This document shows positions 12,283-24,442 of a stretch of 64,000 nucleotides of DNA, in pieces. Source of the DNA: Chiloscyllium plagiosum. Lineage: Eukaryota. A model generated the notes under the pieces. The model was not told the origin of the DNA and searched no databases. It saw only the letters and a program-made list of their open reading frames with translations. The DNA is taken from contig NC_057719.1 of assembly GCF_004010195.1 (NCBI RefSeq), positions 19,329,503 to 19,393,502 of the forward strand. The letters are read 5' to 3'. Every line of letters starts with the position of its first letter. The first letter of the stretch is position 1. A program made the position numbers and the translations under genes.

Positions 12283-13024
12283 GTGTTGAGAAGATTTGTA
12301 GCTCAGGTTGAGGTTCTGGATGTAGGTTTGTTCACTGAGCTGGAAGGTTCATGTTCAGATGTTTCGTCACCACACTAGGTAACATCTTCAGTGAACCTCC
12401 GGATGAAGCATTGCTAATGATTCCTGCTTTCTATTTGTATGTTTGGATTTCATTGGGTTGGTGATGTCATTTCATATGGTGATGCCATTTCGTGTTTCTT
12501 TTTCTCAGGGAGTGGTAAATCGGGTCCAAGTCAATGTGTTTGTTGATAGAGTTCTGGTTAGAATGCCATGCTTCTAGGAATTCTCGTGTGTGTCTCTGTT
12601 TGGCATATCCTAGGGTGAACATGTTGTCCCAGTTGAAGTGGTGTCCCTCCTTATCCGTATGTAAGGATATTAGTGAGAGAGGGTCATGTTGTCCGTCCAT
12701 AGATTTCTCAGCAGCAAACCCAAACAAGCAGACAAAACACGTCCAGAAACTCTAGCCACTCTCCCCTACATTAAAGACACCTTGAAAATGACTGCCAGAC
12801 TACTCAGACCCCTTGATATCATGGTAGCCCACAAACTCACCAACACACTAGAACAGCAGCTAATGAACTTGAAAGACCCTATTCAGACAACAAACAAAAC
12901 TAGTGTTGTTTACAAAGTACCGTGCAAGGACTGTAACAAACACTACATTGGACAATCAGGCAGAAACCTAGCCACCAGGATACATGAACATCAACTAGCC
13001 ACAAAATGACATGACCCTCTCTCA
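12283..13024 (-). mobile_element. Penelope-like (Poseidon-type) element with inverted 5' segment
   Basis: + strand VVYKVPCKDCNKHYIGQSGRNLATRIHEH and - strand HDPLSLISLH..REFLEAWHS are consecutive parts of one GIY-YIG domain. Confidence 0.9.
12353..12396 (-). ncRNA. Minimal type I hammerhead ribozyme motif (PLE family C)
   Basis: gttca-CTGAAGA-t-gttacc-tagtgt-ggtgac-GAAAC-ATC-tgaac: 5-bp stem I, 6-bp stem II, conserved core. Confidence 0.8.
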
Positions 13025-13029
13025 GCATT

Positions 13030-13400
13030 ATTTGAAGTTAGAGAGTCCATTCATCAATTAAAAAACAGCAGGGAAGAAGTTGTTCTTGAACCTGTTGATG
13101 CATGTGTTCAAGCTTCTGTATCTTCTGCCAGACAGAAGAGATTGCAGGAGAGCATTACCAGGGTGGGATGGGTCTTTGATGATGTTGGCAGCCTTTCTGC
13201 AGCACCTGGACGTGTAAGTGGAGGCCGTGGATGGAAGGTTGGCTTCTGTGATGGTCTGGATTGTGCACACCATCTTGTATAGATTCTTATAGTCCTGAGC
13301 AGAGTAGTTGCAACACCAGGCTATTATGCACCTGGACAGAAGGTTTTCAATGGTGCATCTGTAAGCGTTTTGAGGGTCTTTATGCACATGCCAATTCAGG
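13030..13400 (-). mobile_element. Rex1/Babar LINE RT C-terminal fragment
   Basis: ORF 13058..13387 YRCTIE..CIIAW..RKAANIIKDPSHP..LLSGRRYRS..RFKNNFFPA is a characteristic Rex1 C-terminus. Confidence 0.88.
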
Positions 13401-14109
13401 AGCTGCCTGAATTTCCTAAACGTTTATAACGTTTAGGAAATTGAAATCAAACAAGGCCATTGAGGAATGTAAAGGAAGCAGGAAAGAACTTAAACAAGGA
13501 ATTAGGAGGGCTAAAAGAATCCATGAAATGTCCTTGGCAAGTACAATTAAATAGACTCCAGTAGGCATTTTACATGTATAATAGGAGCAAGAGGGCAGCT
13601 AGTGAAAAGGCAGGTCCACTCAATGACAAAGGAGGTAGCTTATGCATGAAGCCAGAGGAAGTGGGTGAGGTCCTTAACAAATACTTTGCATCAATATTCA
13701 CCAAGGAGAAGGATATGGATGATGGTAGGATTAGGGAGGGGTATGCTGTTATTAAGAAGGAGGAGATGTTGGATATCTTGAAAAATATTCGGGTAAGTAA
13801 GTCCCCAGGGTGTGACTGGGTCGACCCTGAATGTTGAGGGAGGCAAGGGAGGAGATTGCTGGGCCTTGACAGGAATCTTTGCATCTTCTTTAGCCACAGG
13901 TGAGGTCCCAGAAGACTGGGGAATAGTCAATGATGCTTCTTTGTTTAAGAAGAGCAACAGGGATAATCCAGGAAATTATAGGTTGGTGAGCCTTACATCA
14001 GTGCCACATCAGAGCCACATCAGTGGGAGGAAAAATCTGAGGGACAGGATTTACTTGCATTTGGAGAAGAATGGCCTTTTTAGAAATCGTCAGCCTCCCT
14101 TTGTGCCAA

Positions 14110-17100
14110 GAGGTCTGGAATGTGAGGAGCACGTCATCAGTTGAAAGAACCACCCACCGTGCTCAGCCACGCAAAGCCAATCCTAACAGCCTCCACCACA
14201 AAAGTCACAGGAAAGGCTTCATGCACAAGGAATACAGGTGGTCAGACAAGCTGGAATGCATTCCTCTCCCAAAGCAAAGCAACACTGTCAGGAACTCATT
14301 AACTTTAATCAGACCCTTTAATCAGATCTGGATGGTGAGCTCTGTCCTGGACCTGAATGCTAACAGAGTTTCAAATAAACACTCATAATTCACCCTTTCA
14401 AATCCATCCTTTCCTGATCGAGGGACAGGAAAGCGTTTGACAGACCAGTCCTTTCGGAAACATAGATCAGGTTGGATATTGTTGTGAAGTGTTATCACAC
14501 ACAACTGTGTGACATTCCTATCACCAAAATCACTGTAATCTTTTTCTTCCTTCTTGCTTTTTTTGAACGATTATCCATCACCAGTAAAAACACCTGTGTA
14601 TCCAATTCAATATTTCCATGCAGAACCCATTATGGGTAATGCAAGGCATCAAGGATGAAGGACGGAGGAAAAGTTAGGGAGAGTGGGAGACAGTCAGCAG
14701 AAATGACCCCCTCCACAACCCACTGCCTGGCCCTGTTTATAACCAGGCCCACAGGAAATCGTCTGATCTGCCCACATGCCTCTACACCAGATGCCTAAAG
14801 ATCAGGAGTGTGGGGCTGAAGTGCAACCAAAATCACAATAGAAGGCTTTTCAGAAAGGGAGTGCAAATCTACCAACTCCATTGAGCCGAAAAAGTATACA
14901 GTCGGGCTGGGAGCCCATAAACCATCACAATCTGCAGGTACACAGTAGAAAGAGGGAGGTCTTCTGCGTAGAGAGCCTTCCATTGCCGATCCCTGCCACC
15001 CGGCAGCCAATTAGCCAAGACAGATCTAGACAGTGGATGTAAGTTTCAAGGTGGAGAGTGTGCAGCAGCAGACTGTACAAAAACATCCTCTATGTGCAGT
15101 AAAGAGATGGAGAAAGTGAGGACTGCAATGCTGGAGATCAGAGCTGAAAAATGTGTTGCTGGAAAAGCGCAGCAGGTCAGGCAGCTTCCAAGGAGCAGGA
15201 GAATCGACATTTTGGGCATAAGCCCTTCTTCAGGAATGAGGAGGGTGTGACAAGCAGGCTAAGATAAAAGGTAGGGAGGAGGGACTTGGGGGAAGGGCGT
15301 TAGGAATGCGATAGGTGGAAGGAGGTTAAGGTGAGGTGATAGGGCGGAGAGAGGATGGGGATGGAGAGGTCGGGAAGAAGATTGCAGGTCAAGAAGGCAG
15401 TGCTGAGTCCGAGGGTTGGGACTAAGATAAGGTGGGGGGTGGGGGGAATGAGGAAGCTGGAGAAATCTGCATTCATCCCTTGTGGTTGGAGGGTTCCTAG
15501 GCGGAAGATGAGGCGCTCTTCCTCCAGGCGTCGTGTTGCCATGGTTTGGCGATGGAGGAGGCCAAGGACCTACATGTCCTAGGGGGAGTGGGAGGGGGAG
15601 TTAAAATGTTCAGCCACAGGCAGTTGGGTTGGTTGGTGCGGGTATCCCAGAGGTATTCTCTGAAACGTTCCACAAGTAGGTGGCCTGTCTCCCCAATGTA
15701 GCGGAGGCCACATCAGGTGCAGCGGATGCAGTAAATGATGTGTGTGGAGGTGGAGGTGAATTTGTGACGGATATGGAAGGATTCCTTGGGGCCTTGGAGG
15801 GAAGTGAGGGGGGAGGTGTGGGCACAGGGAATACTGCTGGCCAACAAGGGGCAGCCCTGACATACTTATCTCATAAAAAGAAGGGGCACTGTGAAGAACC
15901 CTTTACCTTTAATCAGACACTCTGCAGTGGTGTCCAGAAGTAAGATTCAGATGATGCGTTCCGAACCCGAGTGTTTGCAGAGTCCCGAATAAATACTCGT
16001 GGTTCAGCCTGTCAAACACCTTCTCCTAAATGATGGACAGGAAGGCACTCATCAGACTAGGCAGCTCTGGGAATTGTGGATCAGGTTCCACCCATCTCCT
16101 CCATGTGGCCTCCCCCTCAGCCAGGAATCCTGGCTGGCAAATTGGCAGGAGCTGGAGGCTAAAATCTTGGCTTGCCGATATCACTGGACAGGACTGTTCT
16201 GAGTGCTATCGTACAGGAGCCAAGTGCTGGTCATAAAGCAACTGGTGGACTCCACGTCATGGTACCAGCTGATCCCTTTGACCCCTCCTCCTGGTTTTGT
16301 TGTGGATCCCCTGGCCCGTAAAAGTGCACAGCTGGTCAGGGTGGATCATCTAATCCGCTGTGAAATGACAACACCCGACCACAAATGTCGTAAGTGAGGA
16401 GGGAGACTGGATGCCAGTTTTTATGTAAATAGTGACTGGCCCATTGCCACAAAAGGAGCAACTCTCTGGGTGCAAAACATTCCTCAAGGAACCAGCATAC
16501 CTTGAAGAACTCCACGGTCAAACCGTCCAGCCGTAAGGACTTACTCCATGTGGAAATCAATCCCTCTTCACTGCCACCTGATGATTCGTTAAGCCTAACA
16601 GTAACAACATTGTGGCCTTCATTGTCCCTGGGGAATAGATGGTAGTTCAGCAGTTGGAGGACCCACTGCATCTCTCGAGGCAACTGACTTGACAGGTCAT
16701 GAACCATGACCCCCAACACCCACAGCTTGTGACTGGGTGGGAGGGGGCTGAGATGCTGACGACTCCCTCTCAGCAAGATTCAGTACTTCACTCTGCCAGT
16801 GACAAAATCCTTCTCCTCTAGGGAGTGGTTCCTCCTGCTGGTCACAACAATGGCCTCCAGTCTCCTCCTTACATAAGTGACTGTACATATGATCCACAGT
16901 CCAGAAGGCAAGATAGGCATGGAGCACAGTGAAGGCTTTCTCAATCACCTCCTCCAGGGCCAAGCTGATGAAGTCCGGCCATCAGAAGGAGTAGAACATG
17001 CTGGAGGCTGCTGTCCTTCAGACTGAGAGAGATGGGCACAACCCCTGAACTCACCTTTCCCGGCTGTCACATGAAATCCTGCCGTGATCTCACCTTTCTC

Positions 17101-17210
17101 CAAGACCAGGTTCACAACCCACTCAGCCCAAAGGATAAAGATAGCCTTCCCATACACTTTGGATGCTGTGATGATGGCTGACAAGAAGCGTTGAAATGTT
17201 CTTGTGTTAA
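14110..17210 (-). mobile_element. Tx1/L1-clade retrotransposon remnants, rearranged, with an inverted + strand piece at ~16030-16320
   Basis: EKVFDRLNHEYLFGTL..GFG and V.QGCPL (15822-16030); DGLTVEFF; DDVLL (14115-14410); FWLHFSPTLLIF (14800s); + strand LSYRSQVLVIKQLV. Confidence 0.8.
15109..15825 (-). mobile_element. Penelope-like (Neptune-type, family A) GIY-YIG 3' fragment inserted into Tx1
   Basis: HIIYCIRCT*CGLRYIGETG; RRLEEERLIFRLGTLQPQGMNADF; terminal repeat with decayed hammerhead at ~15205-15237. Confidence 0.9.
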
Positions 17211-17760
17211 TTTCTAATGTTAAGATCTTCTACTTCCCATTACAGTGAGGAAAGACCTCTATCAAGCAGGAAGTGATGAAAATCTACTTTAATGAATATC
17301 GTACAAAAAGAGGGTCTCGCAAATAATTGGTACTGTACAGTTGATTAAGATACAACAGCTTCTATTCCTTAAGTTAGATCCTTACAGAGGGTTAAATTGA
17401 GACTGATGCAGATATTATATAATCGTTCCTGAATGCCAATGCTAGAATATTGTCTTTTTACTCCAGGAGTCTCAATTTCAATCCAGTCTAAATAAAGGAC
17501 AGCGATTTGTCGAACAACAGTAAGAGGTGCAAAGTGCCCTGGTTTAGAGCAGTTACAATTCATTTCATTGTGTGTATAAAGCTGCCTCAGATTTTGACGT
17601 TAACTGACATTAGTTTATTGCCCTTGTTTACAGAAGCCATAACAAGGGGAATTTAGGAATCACAACATCTCGTGGGTATTTGTTTTGAATTAACCTTATA
17701 ATATTTTGTAGAAGTCTATCCCTTGCATCTTTAATAAAACTAAAGATATTTGTTTTCCAG

Positions 17761-17861
17761 GTGAAAAGTTAGACTATGAAAGTTGTGAGGCCCTTGAAGA
17801 GATCTTCAAACGGATGCAGTTTAAACTGATTAACTTGGAGTGGGTGAAGCTGGATGAAAAT
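17761..17861 (+). CDS. PPP1R37: PPP1R37-like coding exon B (GEKLDYESCEALEEIFKRMQFKLINLEWVKLDEN)
   Basis: tgttttccag acceptor; gtaagg donor; 101 nt, phase 1 to 0. Confidence 0.93.
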
Positions 17862-18117
17862 GTAAGGGTACCAATAGAATTTGCTGTGACCAACGCTGGT
17901 AAATCTGCCACAGGGAATAAAATGAAGTCATTGCTGTGAATTCATTCAGCATGAGCACAGCTTAACATTCATCTCCCACTGTGCCCTTCATGTCAGGACT
18001 TGCCTCAGTAATCCACAGAATTTCACATCCTCGTCCACACTTACACATATATCTCCACTCCATTATAATTTATCATTATTGGTTCAAAGTCTTGGAACGA
18101 ACAACACTGTGCGAGTA

Positions 18118-18985
18118 TACAAACATGAAAATTAGCGATGGGAATAGGCCTTTCGGGCCTTCCAACCTATTCCACTATTTCATCTCAACAAATGGTTGGT
18201 CTGATAGTGGTCTCAATTCCACTTTCCTGTCTATCACCACCCGACTCCCTTGTCAGTTGAGGATGTATCTAACACAATCTTAAAAATATTTAATGACCTG
18301 GCTTCTATTACTCTCTGAGGAAGAGAAATGTAAGGACCAGAGGTCCTCTGAGTGAAAAGAAATCCCTCATCTCTGTCAAAAATAGGATACTCCTTAGTTT
18401 AATACAATGTCCCCCTGTCTAGTCTCTCCAACAAGGGAGGACTATCTTCACATTCTGCAGTGATTCAAGAAAAATCTCCCTGCCAGCTTCTTAAGTGCAA
18501 GTAAGCATGAGATATAAAGTTACATTTGTGCATGATGCCCACATCTTAGGTATGAACTTTAAAAATTCTAAAAGTACTGACATTGGATGTTGGAACTACT
18601 GAGGGAACTCCAATGTTTGTCTTATTTTTGTGAGCAAATCACTTGTTTCTGCTGGTAAGATGTTCTAAAGCGACTGCTATTGATTCATATTGCTTAACTT
18701 GAAATATCTGTGATTCTGTGCACAGCGTGAAAAGCAATGACTTGGGAACATAGAAACACAAATAGACCATTCAGCCTATTTAACCTGCTCTACCATACAA
18801 TTAAGGTTGATCATCTGCCTCAGTGCCACTTTCTGTACTATCCTTCATATCCGTTGATGCCCTGAGTCTTCAGAAATCTATTGATTCTATCTTGAACATG
18901 CTGAGCTTCCATGGATCACTGGATGGTGGAGAATTCCCAACATTTACCATCCTCCTAGTGAAGATATTCCTCCTCACTTCAACCA
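18118..18985 (-). mobile_element. Two decayed CR1 3' ends (18118-18450, 18745-18985)
   Basis: Similarity to the other CR1 3' UTR copies in the window. Confidence 0.65.
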
Positions 18986-20118
18986 ATTCAATAGCCCGTC
19001 CAAGTCTCTTAAAGCTTTCGTGCATCATCCTCATAACAACTTCATAATCAGGTCAGTTTCAATCACAAATTTTGAAATATTACAATTGGCAATCCAAATT
19101 ATGTGAACAGTTGTGACTGTGAATAAATAAGCAGTGACCAAACAAGTAGTATTAGAGATGAAACCAGTTATTTTGAAATGAAGAGTTTTTGATAGATGGC
19201 TGAATGTATTAGATTTGACACCACAGGTGGCCCTCTACTTTATTCTTAGAATTTGTAAAAGCACATGGACCTGAAAATTATAGAAAGTGTGATAAAATTC
19301 AACTTGTTTGTATTTGAGGTGAATTAATACAATTTTAATAATCTTAATGTTTACAGTGTATGTCCCATGACAGGTATACAGCCCAAGGGCAAAATGTTTG
19401 AAATTGAAAATTACACGAAGAGTTTTCACAATATAGCAAGGCTCCACATGGTGGAGCATGCTGTACAGAGATAAATTTATTTTTATTTGACACCACAGGT
19501 GTAGTTAATACACAGGACATTGCCTGCAAATCCTACCTAAAGCATTCTTAGGACATGGATTGAAGAGATTCCAATTACAATCGCATACTTGATCCTTCAC
19601 TGCAAAATGAACTGTTGCATATAACCTCCACCATATTTGAACGATTATTAAGAAATTCTATCTATGTCATTCAGCGGCATGAGAAATTAAGATTTAAAAA
19701 TCTAGGCTGTTTTCTTTGGGCAAGGCTGTTGAAAGTGTTCTAACAGAAGACTTCCATCCATTAAAGTAACCCTCAGCTGATGCCAGTACTATTCCTTTAG
19801 TCAGCTTTATTAGCAAAGCTCTGAGAAATATTCACACTTTCCATTATAGTCTGCTGTTGGACTGGGAGAAGGGTTAAGAAATAATTGCCAGGGCAGCAAA
19901 CAGATGACAGAACCCAAAAAGCTTAATTACTTATTCCTACTTCCCTTACTTTATGGATCAACCACCCACTATGGAAACCTGCCAATTTTAAATTCCATTA
20001 TCTGAAATCAACTAACTCAGAACAAATGAATATTTGCATCTTTGAATTTCCTGATCAGCCATGATTGTACTGAATGGTAGAGCAGGCTCAAGGGGCTGAA
20101 TTGCCAACTCCTGCTCCT

Positions 20119-20452
20119 GGTGGCACAGTGGTTAGCACAGGTGGCTTATAGTGCCAGAGACCTGAGTTAGATTTCACCCTTGGGCAACTGTCTGTGTGGA
20201 ACTTGCACACAGATCCCTGTGTCTACATGGGTTTCCTCTAGGTGCTCTGGTTCCCTCCCAATGTCCAAACTGTGGAGGTTAGGTGGATTGGCCATGCTAC
20301 ATTGTCTGTATCCAGGAATGTACAGGTTAGGTAATGGGAAATGCTGGGTTATTGGGATTGGGGAGGTGGCTGGGTCTGAGTGGGATACTCTTCGGAGGGT
20401 CAGTGTGAACTCATTGGACCAAATAGCCTGCTTCTACATTGTACTGATTCTA
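20119..20452 (+). mobile_element. HE1 / V-SINE, diverged; preceded by CR1 3' tip 20050-20118
   Basis: Homologous to 7048-7346. Confidence 0.85.
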
Positions 20453-20615
20453 GTTGTTATGCTCTTACAAGGCACTGCACTACCAGTTGGTGTCTATGTC
20501 CATAAGGAACAATGCAACTCAAATTTACAACCCAATAAAGAAAGTTATAGTCCAGTAGAAACAGATGTTTAAAGTATTCACGTCTCTGATTAATGTGCTA
20601 ATAAATTGATTACAG

Positions 20616-20735
20616 GGGGCTTCATCATTGTTTGATATAATGGAATACTATGACTCAGCAGTACATCTCAACATCTCCTTCACCAAACATATTGGAAGCA
20701 GAGGCTGGGTGGCAGCAGCTCAGCTGATTAGGAAG
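20616..20735 (+). CDS. PPP1R37: PPP1R37-like coding exon C (GASSLFDIMEYYDSAVHLNISFTKHIGSRGWVAAAQLIRK)
   Basis: ttacag acceptor; AAG|gtaatg donor; 120 nt, phase 0 to 0. Confidence 0.93.
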
Positions 20736-21249
20736 GTAATGGCACTTTATATTTCTCTTATGTTTTGTGATGTTTTTAGAGAAAACTCTTGATCAGTTTT
20801 GTGGAATATATTTGGTCATTCTTGTCGAGCACATTTATTTTTAATTCAATCCTTGAAGACATCCATCCCACTCAACTACATAGAAATGTAGAAAATAGGA
20901 GTAGAAGTAGGCCATTTGGCCCTTCGAGTCCTGCTCCATCGCTCATTACGATCATAATGCTATATGGTCATTTCATTCACCAATCCCTGTTCAAATTAAT
21001 TTCTGGTTATCTCGCAGCACATACAAGCCAACAATAAGACCATGAAAGAAAGAAAAGCAGAAGAGAATGAAATTGTGAACTGTGAAAAGAAAAATGTTTT
21101 ACCTTTGTATGCATCACTAACATCTAAAGAATGTTCCAAAGTACTTTATACTCAGTGAAGCATCCTTGAAGTGTAATATAGAAGAAATGACAGTGTAACA
21201 CTGCCTCACTAGTTCCCCCTTAGTTCTCAATGATGTTAGGGTGTTGTTA

Positions 21250-21800
21250 GATCTGGTTCAGCTGATAGCACAAACGCCTCTGCATCAGAACATTATGTAT
21301 TCAAAATCAATTTGTGGACTTCAGCGGTTCAAGAGGGCAGCTCACCACCACCTTCTCAATGGCTATTAGAGACGGGCAACAAAGTTCTGGCCCAGCCAGT
21401 GACGCCCACATCCCACAAGTGAATAAAACAAAAAAAAATCAAGAATGTAAGCACAAAAATCAAGGCTGAAATTCCAATAAAATACTGAGAAAGCACTCAA
21501 GGCACTGGCTTTTAGATCAGATGTCAAACTACAGCTCTCCCAACACATGTTAAGGAAACGTTGGCATAATTTCAAAGACGAGAAAGGGAGTTATCTTTGT
21601 TGTTTTGGCCATAAATATTCCTCAATCAACATCACAACAACATTTTTTTTATCTGATCAATATCATTACTGGCTGTGGGAGACAGCTGTTAGCAAATGGG
21701 TTGCCATTTCTCTCGGACACTTCCAAGATGCTTCATTAATTGTGAAGTGCTTTGGGATGTTCTTTGGATGTGACAGGTGCATATAAATGCAAAACAATTC
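21250..21800 (+). mobile_element. Deu-SINE interrupted by a LINE 3' tip (21326-21425)
   Basis: tRNA-like head, Deu-like body, tail atataaatgcaa. Confidence 0.6.
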
Positions 21801-21899
21801 TTTTGACACAGTTCACAAATTCATTCTCTTTCTTTTTCTTTCTCTATCTCTTTCTTTCTCTTTTTCCTTCTTTCCTTTTCGCTCTCCCTTTTTCTCTCA

Positions 21900-23000
21900 G
21901 TGAGTCAAGGATGTCTACAGCATAGAAAAAGGCCCTTCAGCCCTTCAGTTCTGTGCTGGTCAGAAACAACCACTTAACTATTCTCAGACCATTTTCCAGC
22001 ACATAGTGCATTGCCATGTGTGCCTTGGCATTGCAACTGCATATCTAAATACTTCTTACATGTCTTCAGAGTTTCAACTATCCTTACAGGCAATGAGTCC
22101 AGATTCCCACCACCCTTCTGGGTGATATTCTTTTTCCTCACATCTCATCTAAACCTCCTTCCCTTTATCGTAAATCTATGGACCCAGTCATTAATCCTTC
22201 CAACAAAGGAAAAAAGAATCTCTTCCTGTCTATTCAAGTTATGCCCCTTATAATTTTATAAATCTGAATCATGACTCTGCAATCTCCTCTGCTCCGAGGA
22301 AACCAACCCAATTCTATCCAATCTCTCTTTATAACTAAGGCTTAATTTGGTAAATCTTCTCTGCATTCCCCCTATAATGTGGATTCCAGAACTGAACACA
22401 ATACTCTAGCTGTGACCTAATTTATACAGTTCCAGAATAACCCCACTGTGCTTAAACTTTATGTCATGGCTAATAATAAAGGCAAGTATCCCATACACTG
22501 TCTTAACCACTTTCTCTACCATCTTAAGGTGAGGCGGACATATCACTCTGATCCTCAGTGGCCCCCACTGTATTACCGTTTGTCAAGTGTTCTCTTGTCT
22601 GTTTGGCCTGCCCAATCACCTCATCAATTTCCATTTTGAAATCCATTTGCTACTGAGCAGCCCATCTGGTCAGAGCATCTATGTTCTCCTGTAAGCTAAA
22701 GCTATCCTTCTCACGATTTACCACCACACTAATGTTCTTATCATCTACAAATCAACCCTCCTACATTCAACTCCAAATTATTTATAAATGCCAAAAAACA
22801 GCAAGGATCTCAACACTGAACAGAATGGAATACCACTGGACATAACCTTCCAGTCACAAAAAATATTCCTTGACCATTACACTGTGATTCCTGCCACACA
22901 GTCAGTTCTGGATCCAATTTGCCAACTCTCTTTTGATCCCATGGACTCTTACTTTTGCTACTTTTACTATTGGGACATTATTAAAAGCCTTGCACCACAC
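21900..23000 (-). mobile_element. CR1 LINE RT 3' fragment, decayed
   Basis: Similar to 36290-37255. Confidence 0.75.
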
Positions 23001-24442
23001 AAGTGTGACTCTTTGACTTGCAGTTGTTCTCATATTTATCTTGAAGCAGTTCACTGCATTTTGTTTTTCTATGCCCAAATGATCACCTCTGATTTGTCCT
23101 CATGCTGCATCCTCAGTTCACCATAAAGATAGTACCTTCTTAACCCTGTCCATCACCTGAGACATGGTGGTCCTCAGATTAAATTGAACACCAGTCATCT
23201 CTCCAATGAGGGAGCATCCAGTGCACCTCTGGGATTATGGTGACTTTCATCCTCAGTTCACTCCAAATCATCATTTTTTTCACTAGTCATCAGTGAGACT
23301 AATCTTAAGTAGACTCTCATCTTCCATGCACACTCAGTTTATGCAATTACATCACTTCACCATTCACTTCTGGGTTGTAGCTGTACAATCAGACTGCTGT
23401 TAAATGCTGAATGGGTGAAAGTATTGTCTAGGTCAGCTTCAACAAGTCTGAAACGATCTCGTTTGGCATTATGATTTGTGACTCCATCATGCTCAGATTA
23501 ATCCTGCTGCCAATCTGCTGACTTCCACTTCTGGAGCATTGGCACTGATACCATTCCCTCCTCCTCCTGGCTGCTTTATCCATCTTCTATCACGTCAAGC
23601 ATCAACCGCTTAAGAAAATAACTGTCCACCGCAGCTTCCCCATTTTCACAGCCTTCAGCAATCTGGTTGTCTCCTACACAAAGTCTCACGTCTGTCAACT
23701 TTGTCAAGCAAAGTTCCAAGCAAGTCAAATTCAAAGTCCTCCCAGTTGTGAAGTCAGCCTTGAATTATTCTACCTGGAGATCTCTGAATCTACATGAACA
23801 TGCACCCCTGTTCTTCCAAGTCTGGGTTGCTCCTTGTTCCCAGTTCTCCAACACTATTCTAGATTAAAAGGGGGAAATATTTAAACTTTGACCCTGTTGC
23901 CTCTTGGAACTTCCAAATTATGCCTGACCTACTTTTGCAAGGTTCCTGGTTTACCAGTCTTTTTGACTGCCATCTTCAATTGGGTAATCAGGAGGCAATC
24001 TTGGGATTGCTGCTCAGTTCTTTGTCCACTGCCCTGACTCAATATTGAAAGATGCTTTCTTCTGTCTATCTTAGAATTGTCATCCATTGTTCACATGTAT
24101 GGTGAGATCATCAATTGAGTTGAATTAGCTTTATTGTCCTATGTACATCGCAATCTTAGGTACAAATGCACCTTGGTATAGCTTCTGCAGTTACAAGATT
24201 AATAACAGTGAAACAATGTCAACAACATGTGGCACCATCTCAGGTATACAGGTACCTAGGAACAATCCATAGTTACATAATGGAGAAATGAAGGAGGAAT
24301 GTTACATTACAGCGATACACAGTGTAACCATAGGTCAGAAAAACAAGAAGCAAAGTTAAAAAGATAAACATCCCAGTCTCTCTCTAAGGGCACTCAGCGG
24401 CAGAGGGCCTCCACGTGGTCTGAATGCTGGCCACTGCCTCTG

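Larger units (their letters stand above)
10598..14100 (+). mobile_element. Long CR1/HER1 LINE ORF2 (APE to RT N-terminus), interrupted by four insertions
   Basis: Collinear pieces ..VAITET..DWQLNVQGFR / CDREG.KRG / GDLTSP / GEVLNKYFASIFTKE / RDNPGNYRLVSLTSV. Confidence 0.85.
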
